A stretch of 64,000 bases of DNA from Macrostomum lignano (GCA_002269645.1 NIVC01001759.1:107723-171722); one strand, 5' to 3'; shown: positions 1 through 13,451, numbered from the stretch's first letter. Notes: generated from the letters alone by a model not told the origin. Program-made: numbers and translations.

Positions 1-109
1 CACAGTACAATTGAGACAGTAGTGGAGTCAGCTTTCAAAGATAGAGTTGAATTGGGATTTCTTCCTTTTTTTGATCCGACAGTCCCGACGCCATTGACAC
101 CTCTGGTAG

Positions 110-328
110 CCCTGTCACCCCTGTTACTCCTGTCACCCCTGTTACTCCTGTCACCCCTGTTACTCCTGTCACCCCTGGTTACTCCTGTCACCCCTGGTTA
201 CTCCTGTCACCCCTGGTACTCCTGTCACCCCTGTTACTCCTGTCACCCCTGGTTACTCCTGTCACCCCTGGTTACTCCTGTCACCCCTGTTGCTCCTGTC
301 ACCCCTGGTTACTCCTGTCACCCCTGGT
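110..328. repeat. Minisatellite, 18-19 bp unit CTCCTGTCACCCCTG(G)TTA
   Basis: About 12 direct tandem copies read from the sequence; explains ORFs 22-330, 262-513 and 290-490. Confidence 0.95.
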
Positions 329-934
329 AGCCCGCATAAAACGCAAGTCAAACAGGCTAAAAAGGAACCAGGCTCTGCAACTGAGAAGAGTAAGTATTTA
401 AAGGTTAAAACAGAGAAAATATCTAAGGCCTTAATTTTTAATTCTCTACCCAGGTTCGGGAAAGCGGGTCTTTGGGAGAACCGGAAATAGTGGGATCGAA
501 GGGAACAATGCATCCTCAGCTGTTCTCATCCCTTTACTCTGCAGCCCTGCTCACAGGGAATTCGCCTCAGGGGTTTAAGGCGGCAGTTAGCCTACATGCA
601 GGAAGGAACCGGTGCTAAGTAACAGCGATATATTCAACTATATACTACTACTTATACTACTGCAGTTGTGCAAGACCGCAAGGAGCTGAAGCACCAGCTC
701 AGTGATCGGCCCCGGGACTGTGCAAGTTTGTTTTCAAGTAGTCTGGCCAAAGTTTGCCCCCAGGGGTGGAGCCAAAACTGCAAGTATATCCTCTCTCTCT
801 GTGTCTCCTACCATTCACTTACAGTCTGTCTCTTCCAATTCAGTGTTTAGACTAGCTAGCTGTAAGGCCTAATGACTGGATCGAAAAAAATATATAATTC
901 AGTTTGTGTAATTATTGCAAGTGAACAAGAAACG

Positions 935-1935
935 GAGAGAGGTGTAGAGAAAGGTAGTGAGGTGTAGAGAAGGGTAAAGGGGTGTAGAGAAAGGTAGAGC
1001 GGTGTAGAGAGAGGTAGAGAGGTGTAGAGAAAGGTAGAGAGGTGTAGAGAAAGGTAGAGAGGTGTAGAGAGAGGTAGAGCGGTGTAGAGAGAGGTAGAGA
1101 GGTGTAGAGAAAGGTAGAGAGGTGTAGAGAGAGGTAGAGAGGTGTAGAGAAAGGTAGAGAGGTGTAGAGAGAGGTAGAGAGGTGTAGAGAGAGGTAGAGA
1201 GGTGTAGAGAAAGGTAGAGAGGTATAGAGGGAGGTAGAGAGGTGTAGAGAGAGGTAGAGAGGTGTAGAGAAAGGTAGAGAGGTGTAGAGAGAGGTAGAGA
1301 GGTGTAGAGAAAGGTAGAGAGGTGTAGAGAGAGGTAGAGAGGTGTAGAGAAACGGAGAGGGGTGTAGAGAAAGGTAGAGAGGTGTAGAGAAATGGAGAGG
1401 GGTGTAGAGAAAGGTAGAGAGGTGTAGAGAAACGGAGAGGGGTGTAGAGAAAGGTAGTGAGGTGTAGAGAAGGGTAAAGGGGTGTAGAGAAAGGTAGAGA
1501 GGTGTAGAGAAAGGTAGAGAGGTGTAGAGAAACGGAGAGGGGTGTAGAGAAAGGTAGAGAGGTGTAGAGAGAGGTGTAGAGAAAGGTAGAGAGGTGTAGA
1601 GAAAGGTAGAGAGGTGTAGAGAGAGGTAGAGAGGTGTAGAGAGAGGTAGAGAGGTGTAGAGAAAGGTAGAGAGGTGTAGAGAAACGGAGAGGGGTGTAGA
1701 GAAAGGTAGAGAGGTGTAGAGAGAGGTAGAGAGGTGTAGAGAAAGGTAGAGAGGTGTAGAGAAAGGTAGAGAGGTGTAGAGAAAGGTAGTGAGGTGCAGA
1801 GAAAGGTAGAGAGGTGTAGAGAAAGGTAGAGAGGTGTAGAGAAAGGTAGAGAGGTGTAGAGAAAGGTAGAGAGGTGTAGAGAAAGGTAGAGAGGTGTAGA
1901 GAAAGGTAGAGAGGTGTAGAGAAAGGTAGAGAGGT
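935..1935. repeat. Minisatellite, 20 bp unit GAGAGGTGTAGAGA(A/G)AGGTA
   Basis: About 50 purine-rich tandem copies; source of the three overlapping ~350-380 aa minus-strand ORFs. Confidence 0.97.
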
Positions 1936-2684
1936 GGATAAAATGGGAGAAAGATATGAAACAAGAGGATGGGCAGAAGGAAAAAGCATTGAGACAGGAT
2001 GGGTGAGAAAAAAGCAAATTGATAAATTGTGACGTCAAGTTCCGCTAGATACCAGGGTGCAGGATGATGCCCGGGAAGATTCCAGGCCAGTTGTCAAGTC
2101 TTTTTTGCATATCTTCCACGGATTCCCAATTAATCTGCGTTCAACCCCTATAGAAGTTATCTCTTAAAGAAGCATTTGACTGCTTTTAAAAAGCGGGACT
2201 CCAGGTGCCAAATTAGCATATTGACTGTTTAAAATAGCGAATTATAAACGGCGGCCCGCAATCCCTTAGGGATCGGAGCTCTGAGTCTGAGCTGGGCTCC
2301 CTTTTGGTTGCCAAGGCCGCAGCCGGTCGGACAAATTGGGCCGCGGAAACGAGGCGGAAGAAGCGGGGAAGCCAAAAGTCAAAAAGAGAAAATCGGTAAA
2401 TCGGTCTCAAAGAAGAGCAGCCGAGTGGCTGGCGGCACGCGGACCGGGAAGGCCTTCCGCCGCCTCACTTGACCCGCGCACCTGCTGACCCGAGTAGAGC
2501 TCGGTTTGTAACCGTCTCAATGTAGCCTTGCAGACCGTGTCCGTGTTTTCAATAACCCAGGGGGTTTCCTTCCTGCTCCGGGGTCTTTGTTGCCAGCCAG
2601 GGACTTTGCATCGCCGAAAAGAGATTTTCATCAAAAATGCTGAATTCTAGGCGTTATGAAAGTGGCTGCATTAAACTTTTAGGC

Positions 2685-2863
2685 CAAGGATTGGCAAACG
2701 TTTCTATCTCTAAGGCCAGATGAAGAATCCACATGAATTGAGGCTGAGAGATGAGATGGGAGAAGAGATAAGAAAGAAGAGAAGAGAAGAGAAGAGGGGA
2801 GAGAAGAGAGGAGAGAGAGAGAAGAGAGGAGAGAGAACAAGAGTGGAGAGACGAGGGGAGAGA

Positions 2864-2898
<35 letters not shown>

Positions 2899-3160
2899 GG
2901 AGAGAAGAGAGGGGAGAGAGGAGAGGGGAGAGAGAAGAGGGGAGAGAACAGAATGGAGAGGATAGAAGAGAGGGGAGAAGGGAGAGAGGGGAGAAGGGAG
3001 AGAGGAGAGAAGAGAGGGGAGAGAACAGAATGGAGAGAGGAGAGAAGAGAGGGGAGAGAAGAGAGAGAGCAGAGAGAAGAGATGGGAGAGAAGAGAGGAG
3101 AGAGAGCAGAGATAAGAGAGAGGAGAGGAGAGAGAAGAGAGAGCAGAGAGAAGAGATGGG
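2685..3160 (-). mobile_element. Probable degenerate relative of the CAGGGG MITE family (one end plus GA-rich core)
   Basis: CAAGGATTGGCAAACGTTTCTATC...GGCCAGATGA at 2685 resembles the reverse complement of the 3' end of the 39180-39403 MITE and is followed by a ~400 bp GA-rich tract. The other end is not recognisable. Confidence 0.4.
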
Positions 3161-3834
3161 AGAGCCATCGCTTCCGTCTTCCAATCCAGGGCAGCTCTGT
3201 GAAGACCAGGACGCACCCTTCAGTAGTCCCTGGTTCGATAATAGGTTTTTTTCCTGTGTCTCAATTCTTTTTTTCTTAATTTTTTCTCTAGGAATCCTCA
3301 GCGCTTGTCTCCGGGCGGAGGCCGACCCCCAGCTCGGGCTCTGGAAAAGGAGTCAAACGGCCTTCTTACGGAAGAATGCCGGTGTAGAAAATGAAGCCAT
3401 TTCCCGTCATCAGCCCCCAAGGGATTCTGTTGGGGAGAAGGCGGGACTCAAATGGGAGGCGGGAGCTGTCTGTCTGGTGGTTCCGGAATGCTGGGGGAAA
3501 CGGGGCTGCCCGGATACCGAGATGAAGGCCCAGCGTGCCCGAAGGCTTATTCGGTTGGGTGGGGCAGCTGCAGTGAGCCTGGCGCACAGGTGAAATTCTA
3601 CTAGCCACAATTATACTCATGTAACCATTTCAATTGCTGCGCGTCTAAAATGGCGTCACTGATTGCCATTATCCTAGCTGAATAATGCCATTAATTCATA
3701 TTTTTAGAATGATGATTTCAACTACTGTACACACCCTCCGACTCTTATTGATGACTATTAGTGATGCTGGGGCTAACTGAATGAATGTTATTAGATCTCA
3801 AGTTAGCTAATTGTTTTAGCTAAAATCGGTAACC

Positions 3835-4150
3835 AAAAGACACCCCAAATCACTCACCAGAGACATCAAATCATCCATCAAAGACACCCTGAATCAGCCG
3901 CCAAAGACACCCCAAATCAGCCGCCAAAGACACCCCTAATCAGTCACAAAAGACACCCCAAATCAGCCACCAAAGACACCCCGAAATTCCCGAATCAGCC
4001 TCCAAAGACACCCCTAATCAGCCACCAAAGACACCCTTAATCAGCCACCAAAGACACCCCTAATCAGCCACCAAAGACAACCCTAATCAGCCACCAAAGA
4101 CACCCCGAACCAGCCAACTAAGATACCTCAAACCAAACAACTAAACACCC
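3835..4150. repeat. Degenerate minisatellite, ~22 bp unit AAAGACACCCC(T)AATCAGCCACC
   Basis: Tandem copies with variants visible directly. Confidence 0.85.
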
Positions 4151-4917
4151 CGAATGAGCGGGTATCAATTTAGAGAATCCCCCAACCGTTCACTGGTCAG
4201 GTGCAAGCTAAGCCAGCTAAACGCCTCTCCGCCCTGAGCCGGTCTGACAGCAGCAACAAAAAGCGCTCCCCCACTCTTTTCCAGGGCTGCAACGCTGCAA
4301 AATAATTGGGATTGTCAATTGTGTCGGAATTGCGCTGGCTGACACGAGTAGGATAAGCAGAGATGGGGAGAGCTGAGTCTGGGTCTCGGGTCTAGTTTAT
4401 GATGGGAGGTGGTCAGCCAGACTGCCGCCAGGGCGCTATTTCCCCAAATTGAGGGGGGGATTCTCATTGAAGAGGGGGCTTAGAGCTTCCGCTAGCCTTG
4501 TGGCTGCCGGCCCCTACCTTCCCTTATTAATTGACAGTGAAATGCACCACTGCGGGCCCTTCACCGCGGTGAATGCCATTCTGTCACCTCTCCCTCTCTC
4601 TCCCGCCTCCTGCTCCTCTCGGAGTGGCATGCCGGGAATTGAGTTCTGAGTTCTGGAGAGGCCAGCTCCACCAGGCAACTTTCAATTCAGACAAGAGAAG
4701 GCTTCTAACCACTTCCTCCTAGAATAACAGACCAACCAGCACCAACCCATTCCAAGCGCTTCCCAATGCCGCCCGCCACCAAAAACCAAACCTTTTTCCC
4801 GCAGTGCAGCGGCCCGCGCCAAGGACCACTTTTACAAACTAGGAATCTGGATTTGGCTATTTTTAACCAGCTAAAACTAAATTCTCCGGATCAAAGTTTT
4901 TAAAATGTTGCTTTAAA

Positions 4918-5632
4918 CATGCAGATGTAGACATGCAGATGTAGACATGCAGATGTAGACATGCAGATGTAGACATGCAGATGTAGACATGCAGATGTAG
5001 ACATGCAGATGTAGACATGCAGATGTAGACATGCAGATGTAGACATGCAGATGTAGTAGACATGCAGATGTAGTAGACATGCAGATGTAGTAGACATGCA
5101 GATGTAGACATGCAGATGTAGTAGACATGCAGATGTAGTAGACATGCAGATGTAGACATGCAGATGTAGTAGACATGCAGATGTAGACATGCAGATGTAG
5201 TAGACATGCAGATGTAGACATGCAGATGTAGTAGACATGCAGATGTAGTAGACATGCAGATGTAGTAGACATGCAGATGTAGACATGCAGATGTAGTAGA
5301 CATGCAGATGTAGTAGACATGCAGATGTAGTAGACATGCAGATGTAGACATGCAGATGTAGACATGCAGATGTAGACACGCAGATGTAGACATGCAGATG
5401 TAGTAGACATGCAGATGTAGTAGACATGCAGATGTAGTAGACATGCAGATGTAGACATGCAGATGTAGTAGACATGCAGATGTAGTAGACATGCAGATGT
5501 AGACATGCAGATGTAGACACGCAGATGTAGACATGCAGATGTAGACACGCAGATGTGGACATGCAGATGTAGATATGCAGATGTAGACATGCAGATGTAG
5601 ACACGCAGATGTGGACATGCAGATGTAGACAT
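4918..5632. repeat. Minisatellite, 14 bp unit CATGCAGATGTAGA with 17 bp (+GTA) variant
   Basis: Tandem copies of two length variants interspersed; source of the MSTSACLHLHVY ORFs. Confidence 0.97.
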
Positions 5633-6225
5633 CCAGAAAATGTTTCATTTCTTCTTTACATACAACATTCAATTTTTCTGAGCAATCTGAGGGAACCCTA
5701 ACTATCGCGGCTAGAACCAGATCCCCTGTCCAGACCTCCATGCCCCCCCCGCCCCCCAGACAGCCACCTCCTCTCTTTGAAAAGCAAGCTAGAAAGCAAA
5801 ACTCTCCGACTGGCCACTTCAAAGGCAGGTGCTCGATTTTCTCCTTCAGTCTTTCCAACCATTTTGTTATTGTTAATGCACTTTTTTCCCTTCCCTTCCA
5901 CTCGTGTGCCATAACGAGTTTGAGTGAGAGCTAAGAGAAAATAAGAAAAAAACCGGAAGAGAAAATGTTATTCCACTGCTCCGCTCAGCTGCTCTCCAAC
6001 AGGCCGGCTCTTATTATTTCATTTCCTCATTCCGTCATCGCTTTCATTCCTCATACGGCACAACTGCTGACAGGAACAGCAAACTGGGTCTGTGACTATT
6101 TTATGAATACTAGATATTCACCACTAAGATATTCACCAACAATAATTATTCACAACACCAGATATTCACCGCACTAGAATACTCTCAAACACTAGATTAT
6201 TCACAATACAGATATTCACAAACAC

Positions 6226-7870
6226 CAGTGCTGGGCGTTAACTAGTTAATTGTTTAACTAGTTAATTAACTAGTTAATTTTTTTAAAAAATCGTTAAATT
6301 TTCGTTAAATTTTTTATGTATTAACTAGTTAACAAAAATCGTTAATTTTTTTCTGAAGTTAAAGTTAAATGACAAAAGTTAATAATTCCGGGAAATGGAG
6401 TTCCCCGGTTTCAAAATCCGCGGGTTTCAACAGCTTGTATGCCATTAAAAAGTAATATTAATACATACGTAAAATAACTTCGCCTTTCTAAGCATTATTT
6501 AACGCGTCACAAACTACTATTACATGTATATATTTCAGTTACAAGTTATAATGTATTGAATATTCCGGAAGATTCTGGAATCTTCAACTATTATCTATTG
6601 ATATTCTACCCAAGGACAATTAACTAGAAGTTATCGTTGTACATAGAGATGTCAATTCCCCGGGGAATTTTCTTATCGGGGACCCGGGGAATTTACTGTC
6701 ATTCCCCGGGGACCCCGGGGAAAAAAATAAGTAAAAAACGGCGGATAACTTAGATCTTTATAAGTCACTAAGTGGCATTTTTTAAACTTTGATTAAAGCT
6801 TTGGATGGACTACATGTTCAAGGCGCAAGGGTAAAAACTTTAAGCAATGTTTGTTTAAAACTGTATTTGACAACGTGGCATCACCAAATCGTGCGCGCAC
6901 CTTTATCAGAAAGGGTCCAGACTCCGGAGGCGGAAAATGCTTACTCAGCAGCTGCACTCGTGGGAGGATAATTAATGAATGAGACTGTTTTTATAATCGA
7001 AATTTTAATTTCTTGCAGATACAAATAAATCACCATTTTGTCCTGTCTAATACGGAGCATTTTGTTATTGTATGATACCACCCCTATGCGTCAGTGACTG
7101 ACGCAGGATATGGCGCTGTGCCTGCGTCAAATGTGTCAAGCCGTCAATGCAGACCAACACAATAGTCAGTAAGGCTTCTTTTTCCTGATGGGTTTCTACG
7201 CTCGTACGTTCAATTTGCTTGATTGAAAGACTCATAGTGAAAAAAAACATTCAAACAGGTCGCTAATTTCATAAGACCGAAATTTCACAATGCCGAAAAT
7301 TCTGCATGCAATACAATCCTTATTGTAAAGTTTTCTACGATGTGAAATTTCGGTCTTATGAAGTTTCGGTCTTGTGAAGTATGGTGTTTCGGCGTTGTGA
7401 AATTTCGGTCTTATGAACCCCCCCCCATTCAAACGTGTGTTGTGTTTGAAATAATACATTGAAATAAGCAGTTTTGCGGTAAAAAAGCATAGACAGAGTT
7501 TCAATCAGCTTTCTGTGAATAATTTTCTTATTTAAATGGCAAAAATTTAGTTAAAAATGCTTTTTTTCTCCCCGGGGTCCCCGGTCTAATTCCCAGGGGA
7601 GTATTCCCCGACAAGCTCCCCAGGGCGCCGTGACCTGGCCACAGCCGCGCCGCGCCGACCTGAAATTTAAAAAAACACGCCGAACACATGTCCGGGAAAA
7701 TGTCACTTTTTCCGTTAGGGAATTATTAACTTTAACTTTTAACTTTTCAGAAGTTAAATTTTAGGCAAAAGTTAAATAATTAACTAGTTACAGTTAATTT
7801 TTTTGGAGCAATTAAATTAACTTTTTAACTTTTAACGAGTTAAAAAAATTGATTAACTTGCCCAGCACTG
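6226..7870. mobile_element. Non-autonomous hAT-like DNA transposon (1645 bp)
   Basis: Perfect 11-bp TIR CAGTGCTGGGC (6226-6236) / GCCCAGCACTG (7860-7870), 8-bp TSD ACAAACAC (6218-6225, 7871-7878), dense subterminal GTTAA/TTAAC repeats at both ends, and an internal inverted repeat CCGGGGACCCCGGGG (~6703 and ~7570). No transposase ORF. An 8-bp TSD with short CAG-starting TIRs is typical of hAT. Confidence 0.85.
7257..7425. mobile_element. Nested MITE with 9-bp TSD (Mutator-like by TSD length)
   Basis: Inverted repeat TTCATAAGACCGAAATTTCACAA(T/C)GCCGAAA at 7268-7298 and 7387-7417 (30/31 match), flanked by direct repeat CATTCAAAC (7248-7256, 7426-7434). Confidence 0.7.
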
Positions 7871-9111
7871 ACAAACACTAGATTATTCACAATACGGATA
7901 TTCACAAACACTAGATTTTCACAATACGGATATTCACAAACACTAGATTTTCTCAATACGGATATTCACAAACACTAGATTTTCTCAATACGGATATTCA
8001 CAAACACTAGATTATTCACAATACAGATATTCACAAACACTAGATTATTCACAATACAGATATTCACAAACACTAGATATTCACAATACGGATATTCACA
8101 AACACTAGATATTCACAATACGGATATTCACAAACACTAGATATTCACAATACGGATATTCACAAACACTAGATATTCACAATACGGATATTCACAAACA
8201 CTAGATATTCACAATACGGATATTCACAAACACTAGAATATTCACAATACGGATATTCACAAACACTAGATATTCACAATACGGATATTCACAAACACTA
8301 GATATTCACAATACGGATATTCACAAACACTAGATATTCACAATACGGATATTCACAAACACTAGAATATTCACAAACACTAGAATATTCACATATTCAC
8401 AGATATTCACAACACGAATCAAAGCATCTCCAAATGTCTGAAAAAGTTAGGTTCAAGATCCGAAATAATCCAGAATCTAAAACTGGCCCTAACCGCATCA
8501 AACCAATATTGAAACCAGAAGTGCCGAGTGAAACCCAAACTGAGCAATGCCTCACCTCAACAACTGCCAGGCCCCTTCAAAGCTGAGCAGCTCAGGTCTT
8601 TGTCAGTGTATTACTTATTGATTAGGGACCCCGCCCGCCCCAGCCCACTCACCGAGATGAGTCTGGTCCCGCATCATGGGAAAACTCTGGTGGGATTTGT
8701 GGAACAAGAGGAGAAAAAAGTGAGGAATTAATTTCGCTAACCCCCCCCCGAACCCAGCACGCTGCACCCCGCCCCGCCTCCTCACTCTTCAGCTAAAAAA
8801 GCTTGAAAATCCTCTCTTCCCAAACTTCTTCCCAAATCCTCAGCCGCTCTCTAACAAAAATTCCCAAGCAAGCCGCTGCCCGCTTCCCAGTCTCAATAAT
8901 ATTCAAAGCTTCACCAACCAGCCGGCACAAGTCAGGGCTGCCGGGTCCCCAATGGTTTATTATGATGCTGATGCTGATGATGAAGCCTTCCTCCTCATCA
9001 TCAACTGTCTTTACGCGCAAAATCCCAGCTACACTCCAGTCGCATGTCTCCAAAAAATCCCAAGCTACATGGATAGCTAAAAACTAGCTCCCTAAGACTC
9101 TGGCATGAAAT

Positions 9112-10850
9112 TTAGCGCCACAGCCTAAACTTTAGCGCCACAGACTAGACTTTAGCGCCACATACTAGATTTTAGCGCCTCAGACTAGATTTTGGCGCCA
9201 AAGACTGAATTTAAGCGCCACAGACTGAATTTTAGCGCCACAGACTGAATTTTAGCGCCACAGACTGAATTTTAGCGCCACAGACTGAATTTTAGCGCCA
9301 CAGACTAGATTTTAGTGCCAGACTAGATGTTAGCGCCACGCAGACTTGATTTAAGCGTCTTAGACTAGACCATAGCGCCGCAGACTAAACTTTAGCTCCA
9401 CAGACTAGATTTTAGCGCCACAGACTGAATTTTTGCGCCACAGACTAGATTTTAGCGCCACAGACTAGATTTTAGCGCCACAGACTGAACTTAAGCGCCA
9501 CAGACTGAATTTTAGCACCACAGACTAGATTTTAGCGCCACAGACTAGATTTTAGCGCCACAGACTAGATTTTAGCGCCACAGACTAGATTTTAGCGCCA
9601 CAGACTAGATTTTAGCGCCACAGACTAGATTTTAGCGCCACAGACTGAACTTAAGCGCCACAGACTAGATTTTAGCGCCACAGACTAGATTTTAGCGCCA
9701 CAGACTGAACTTAAGCGCCACAGACTAGATTTTAACGCCACAGAATAGATTTTAGCGCCACAGACTAGATTTTAGCGCCTCGGAATAGATTTTAGCGCCA
9801 CAGACTTGATTTTGGCACCACAGACTGAATTTTAGCGCCACAGACTAGATTTTGGCGCCACAGACTAAATTTTAACGCTACAGACTAGATTTTAACGCCA
9901 CAGAATAGATTTTAGCGCCTCAGAATAGATTTTAGCGCCACAGACAAGATTTTAGCGCCGCAAAACTGATTTTGACGCCACAGAACAGATTTTAGCGCCA
10001 CAGACTAGATTTTAGCGCCTCGGAATAGATTTTAGCGCCACAGACTTGATTTTGGCACCACAGACTGAATTTTAGCGCCACAGACTAGATTTTGGCGCCA
10101 CAGACTAAATTTTAACGCTACAGACTAGATTTTAACGCCACAGAATAGATTTTAGCGCCTCAGAATAGATTTTAGCGCCACAGACAAGATTTTAGCGCCG
10201 CAAAACTGATTTTGACGCCACAGAACAGATTTTGGCGCCACAGACTCATTTTAGCGCCACAGACTAGACTTTGGCACCACAGAACAGATTTTGGCGCCAC
10301 AGACTTATTTTAGCGCCACAGACTAGACTTTAGCGCCACAGAACAGATTTTGGCGCCACAGACTCATTTTAGCGCCACAGACTAGACTTTGGCACCACAG
10401 AACAGATTTTGGCGCCACAGACTCATTTTAGCGCCACAGACTAGACTTTAGCGCCACAGAACAGATTTTGGCGCCACAGACTCATTTTAGCGCCACAGAC
10501 TAGACTTTGGCACCACAGAACAGATTTTGGCGCCACAGACTCATTTTAGCGCCACAGACTAGACTTTAGCGCCACAGAACAGATTTTGGCGCCACAGACT
10601 CATTTTAGCGCCACAGACTAGACTTTGGCACCACAGAACAGATTTTGGCGCCACAGACTCATTTTAGCGCCACAGACTAGACTTTAGCGCCACAGAACAG
10701 ATTTTGGCGCCACAGACTCATTTTAGCGCCACAGACTAGACTTTGGCACCACAGAGCAGATTTTGGCGCCACAGACTCATTTTAGCGCCACAGACTAGAC
10801 TTTAGCGCCACAGAACAGATTTTGGCGCCACAGACTCATTTTAGCGCCAC
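9112..10850. repeat. Satellite, ~20 bp unit CAGACTAGATTTTAGCGCCA with higher-order repeats
   Basis: About 87 tandem copies; contains a 240-bp block duplication and a 59/118-bp higher-order structure. Confidence 0.97.
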
Positions 10851-11499
10851 GCGCAGGATTTGTGTCTCAAAAATCAGGGCCCCAGATGCAACGTAAGGGT
10901 TTGTTGGTTTGAAGAATTTGAGAAGTAGTTGCTCATTTTTTATAACAGCAGACTTTCCCGGCTCCAACGGGGTGCTTTTTCTCTGCCGTGTTTTTCTTCT
11001 TCTTCTGGGGCGCCACGCGGAGCTCACTTTGTCTCTTCTGCGCTTCTCCGTCACTTTTTTCACTCTTAAGCAGTGCGGGGCGCGACATCGTGTGGGAGGC
11101 TGGAAGGCAGAATCCTCTTCTATTCACTTCCAGCTTAGCCAGGTACCGGGGGATGCAGCGGCTTTTTTATTTTCTCGCGTGTCAAGACAGACAGGGAGGC
11201 AGAAGATGACAAGACAAACTTCTCTAAGTGAATCTCAATTCGCTACATCGCCGGATTCTGGTGATTCTGTTTTTTGTTGGTGTCGGCTCGTGACTCAACC
11301 AGCGTCATGCACTGCATTCTCATTTATCACAGCCAGCTCAGTCACTGACTTATTTGTTCAGTTTATTATTTCCAATAGTTTTTCTAACTGGATCCGGTAT
11401 CCCCTCTTCAGCTCGGCATAGCAGCTCTCGTTTAATAACTTTCAGGTTGCTTCAATTCATTGCATTCTATGGGGCCCTGCTGAGATACCTGCTCATCAC

Positions 11500-12290
11500 C
11501 CTTCTTTTCATTTCACTCTCTCTTCACTCTGTTCACTCTCCCTTCACTCTCCCTCCACTCTCTATTCTCACTCTTCCTTCATTCTCCATTCAAACTCCTT
11601 TTACAGTCCCTTCACAGTCCCTTCACAGTCCCTTCACAGTCCCTTCACAGTCCCTTCACTCTCCCTTCACTCTCCCTTCACTCTCTATTCACTCTCCATT
11701 CACTCTCTTCACACTCTCTCTTCACTCTCCCTTCACTCTCCCTTCACTCTCTATTCACTCTCCCTTCACTCTCCTTTCACTCTCCTTTCACTCTCCTTTC
11801 ACTCTCTATTCACTCTCCCTTCACTCTCCTTTCACTCTCCCTTCACTCTCTATTCACTCTCCCTTCACTCTCCTTTCACTCTCCTTTCACTCCCTATTCA
11901 CTCTCCCTTCACTCTCTATTCACTCTCTATTCACTCTCCCTTCACTCTCTATTCACTCTCCCTTCACTCTCCTTTCACTCTCCCTTCACTCTCTATTCAC
12001 TCTCCTTTCACTCTCCCTTCACTCTCCTTTCACTCTCTATTCACTCTCCCTTCACTCTCTATTCTCACTCTTCCTTCATTCTCCATTCAAATTCCTTTTA
12101 CAGTCCTTTCACAGTCCCTTCACAATCCCTTCACAGTCCCTTCACAGTCCCTTCACAGTCCCTTCACTCTCCCTTCACTCTCCATTCACTCTCCCTTCAC
12201 TCTCCTTTCACTCTCTTTCACTCTCCATGCACTCTCCCTTCACTCTCCCTTCACTCTCCCTTCACTCTCTATTCCATCTCCCTTCACGAC
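11500..12290. repeat. Pyrimidine-rich minisatellite, ~11 bp unit TTCACTCTCCC
   Basis: Tandem copies with TTCACAGTCCC variants at both ends. Confidence 0.92.
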
Positions 12291-12814
12291 AGCCATGACA
12301 GCAGGTGACGGGCAGAGTTACAGCAAAGCTGAAGCCAGCACGCCGAGACACACGGCAGCCGGCTGTCTCTCAGTACTCAACTGCACTCCATAGTTTAACG
12401 ATATGAGTAATTAGGCAAATCCCGGCCCCAGTTCGAATTCCAGTAGCCGTTGGGCCCGCATCGCCTCTTCTGAGAGGCCGGGGTACTCCCACTCGAGTCG
12501 AGTCCTACTCAACAGAAGCAGATATCTGTCGAATTGGGAGCTTGCAGGCTCTCTCTGCAAGTGTCTCTCAATTGTCATTGGAATTTTTGCCGAAGGGCAA
12601 AAATGGAAATTGTTCTAATTCAGAAATTTCGGTTCGTTAGATTCGATCGCGAATATTAGAATGGTTTTATTTAATAGCATGCGGTGGGGAAGTGGCATTT
12701 GGGAGGCGCTCTCATTGTGGATAGATATGACCTGTCTGCCATTGTCAGAGTTTTTATTTCTTTTAGCAGACTTTCCTGCATTGGATTGTTTTTGATGATG
12801 TCTCGTGTGTCACT

Positions 12815-13411
12815 CTGGCTCACTCTCACTCTCTCACTCTCACACTCTCACTCTCTCACTCTCACTCTCTCACTCTCTCACTCTCTCACTCTCTCACTCT
12901 CTCACTCTTTCACCCCCTCTCTCTCTCTCTCTCACTCTCTCACTCTCTCTCTCTCACTCTCTCACTCTCTCACTCTCTCACTCTCTCACTCTCTCACTCT
13001 CTCACTCTTTCACTCTCTCACTCTCTCACTCTCTCACTCTCTCACTCTCTCACTCTCTCACTCTCCTACTCTCCCACTCTCTCTCTCTCTTTCTCTCTCT
13101 CACTCTCCTACTCTCCCACCCTCTCTCTCTCTCACTCTCTCACTCTCTCACTCTCTCACTCTCTCACTCTCTCACTCTATCACTCTCTCACTCTCTCACT
13201 CTCCTACTCTCCCACTCTCTCTCTCTCTTTCTCTCTCTCACTCTCTCTCTCACCCTCTCTCTCACTCTCTCTCTCTCTCTCTCTCCCTCTCTCACTCTCT
13301 CACTCTCTCACTCTCTCACTCTCTCACTCTATCACTCTCTCACTCTCTCACTCTCCTACTCTCCCACTCTCTCTCTCTTTCTCTCTCTCACTCTCTCTCT
13401 CACCCTCTCTC

Positions 13412-13451
<40 letters not shown>

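Larger units (their letters stand above)
6105..8415. repeat. Minisatellite, ~32 bp unit TTCACAATACGGATATTCACAAACACTAGATA, split by a transposon at 6226-7870
   Basis: Degenerate copies at 6105-6225 and about 17 copies at 7871-8415; the unit resumes directly after the insertion. Confidence 0.9.

Noticed and set aside
856-2038. Three overlapping 350-380 aa minus-strand ORFs
   Set aside because: They are translations of a 20-bp stop-free tandem repeat in all frames, with no splice or domain evidence. The same applies to the ORFs at 4863-5912, 11354-13538, 20597-22622, 26682-27125, 27594-28226, 40514-41982, 42723-43549 and 45440-46069.
9112-10850. Regularly repeated motif resembling a CRISPR array
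   Set aside because: There are no unique spacers, the monomers are directly tandem, the context is eukaryotic and no cas genes are present.
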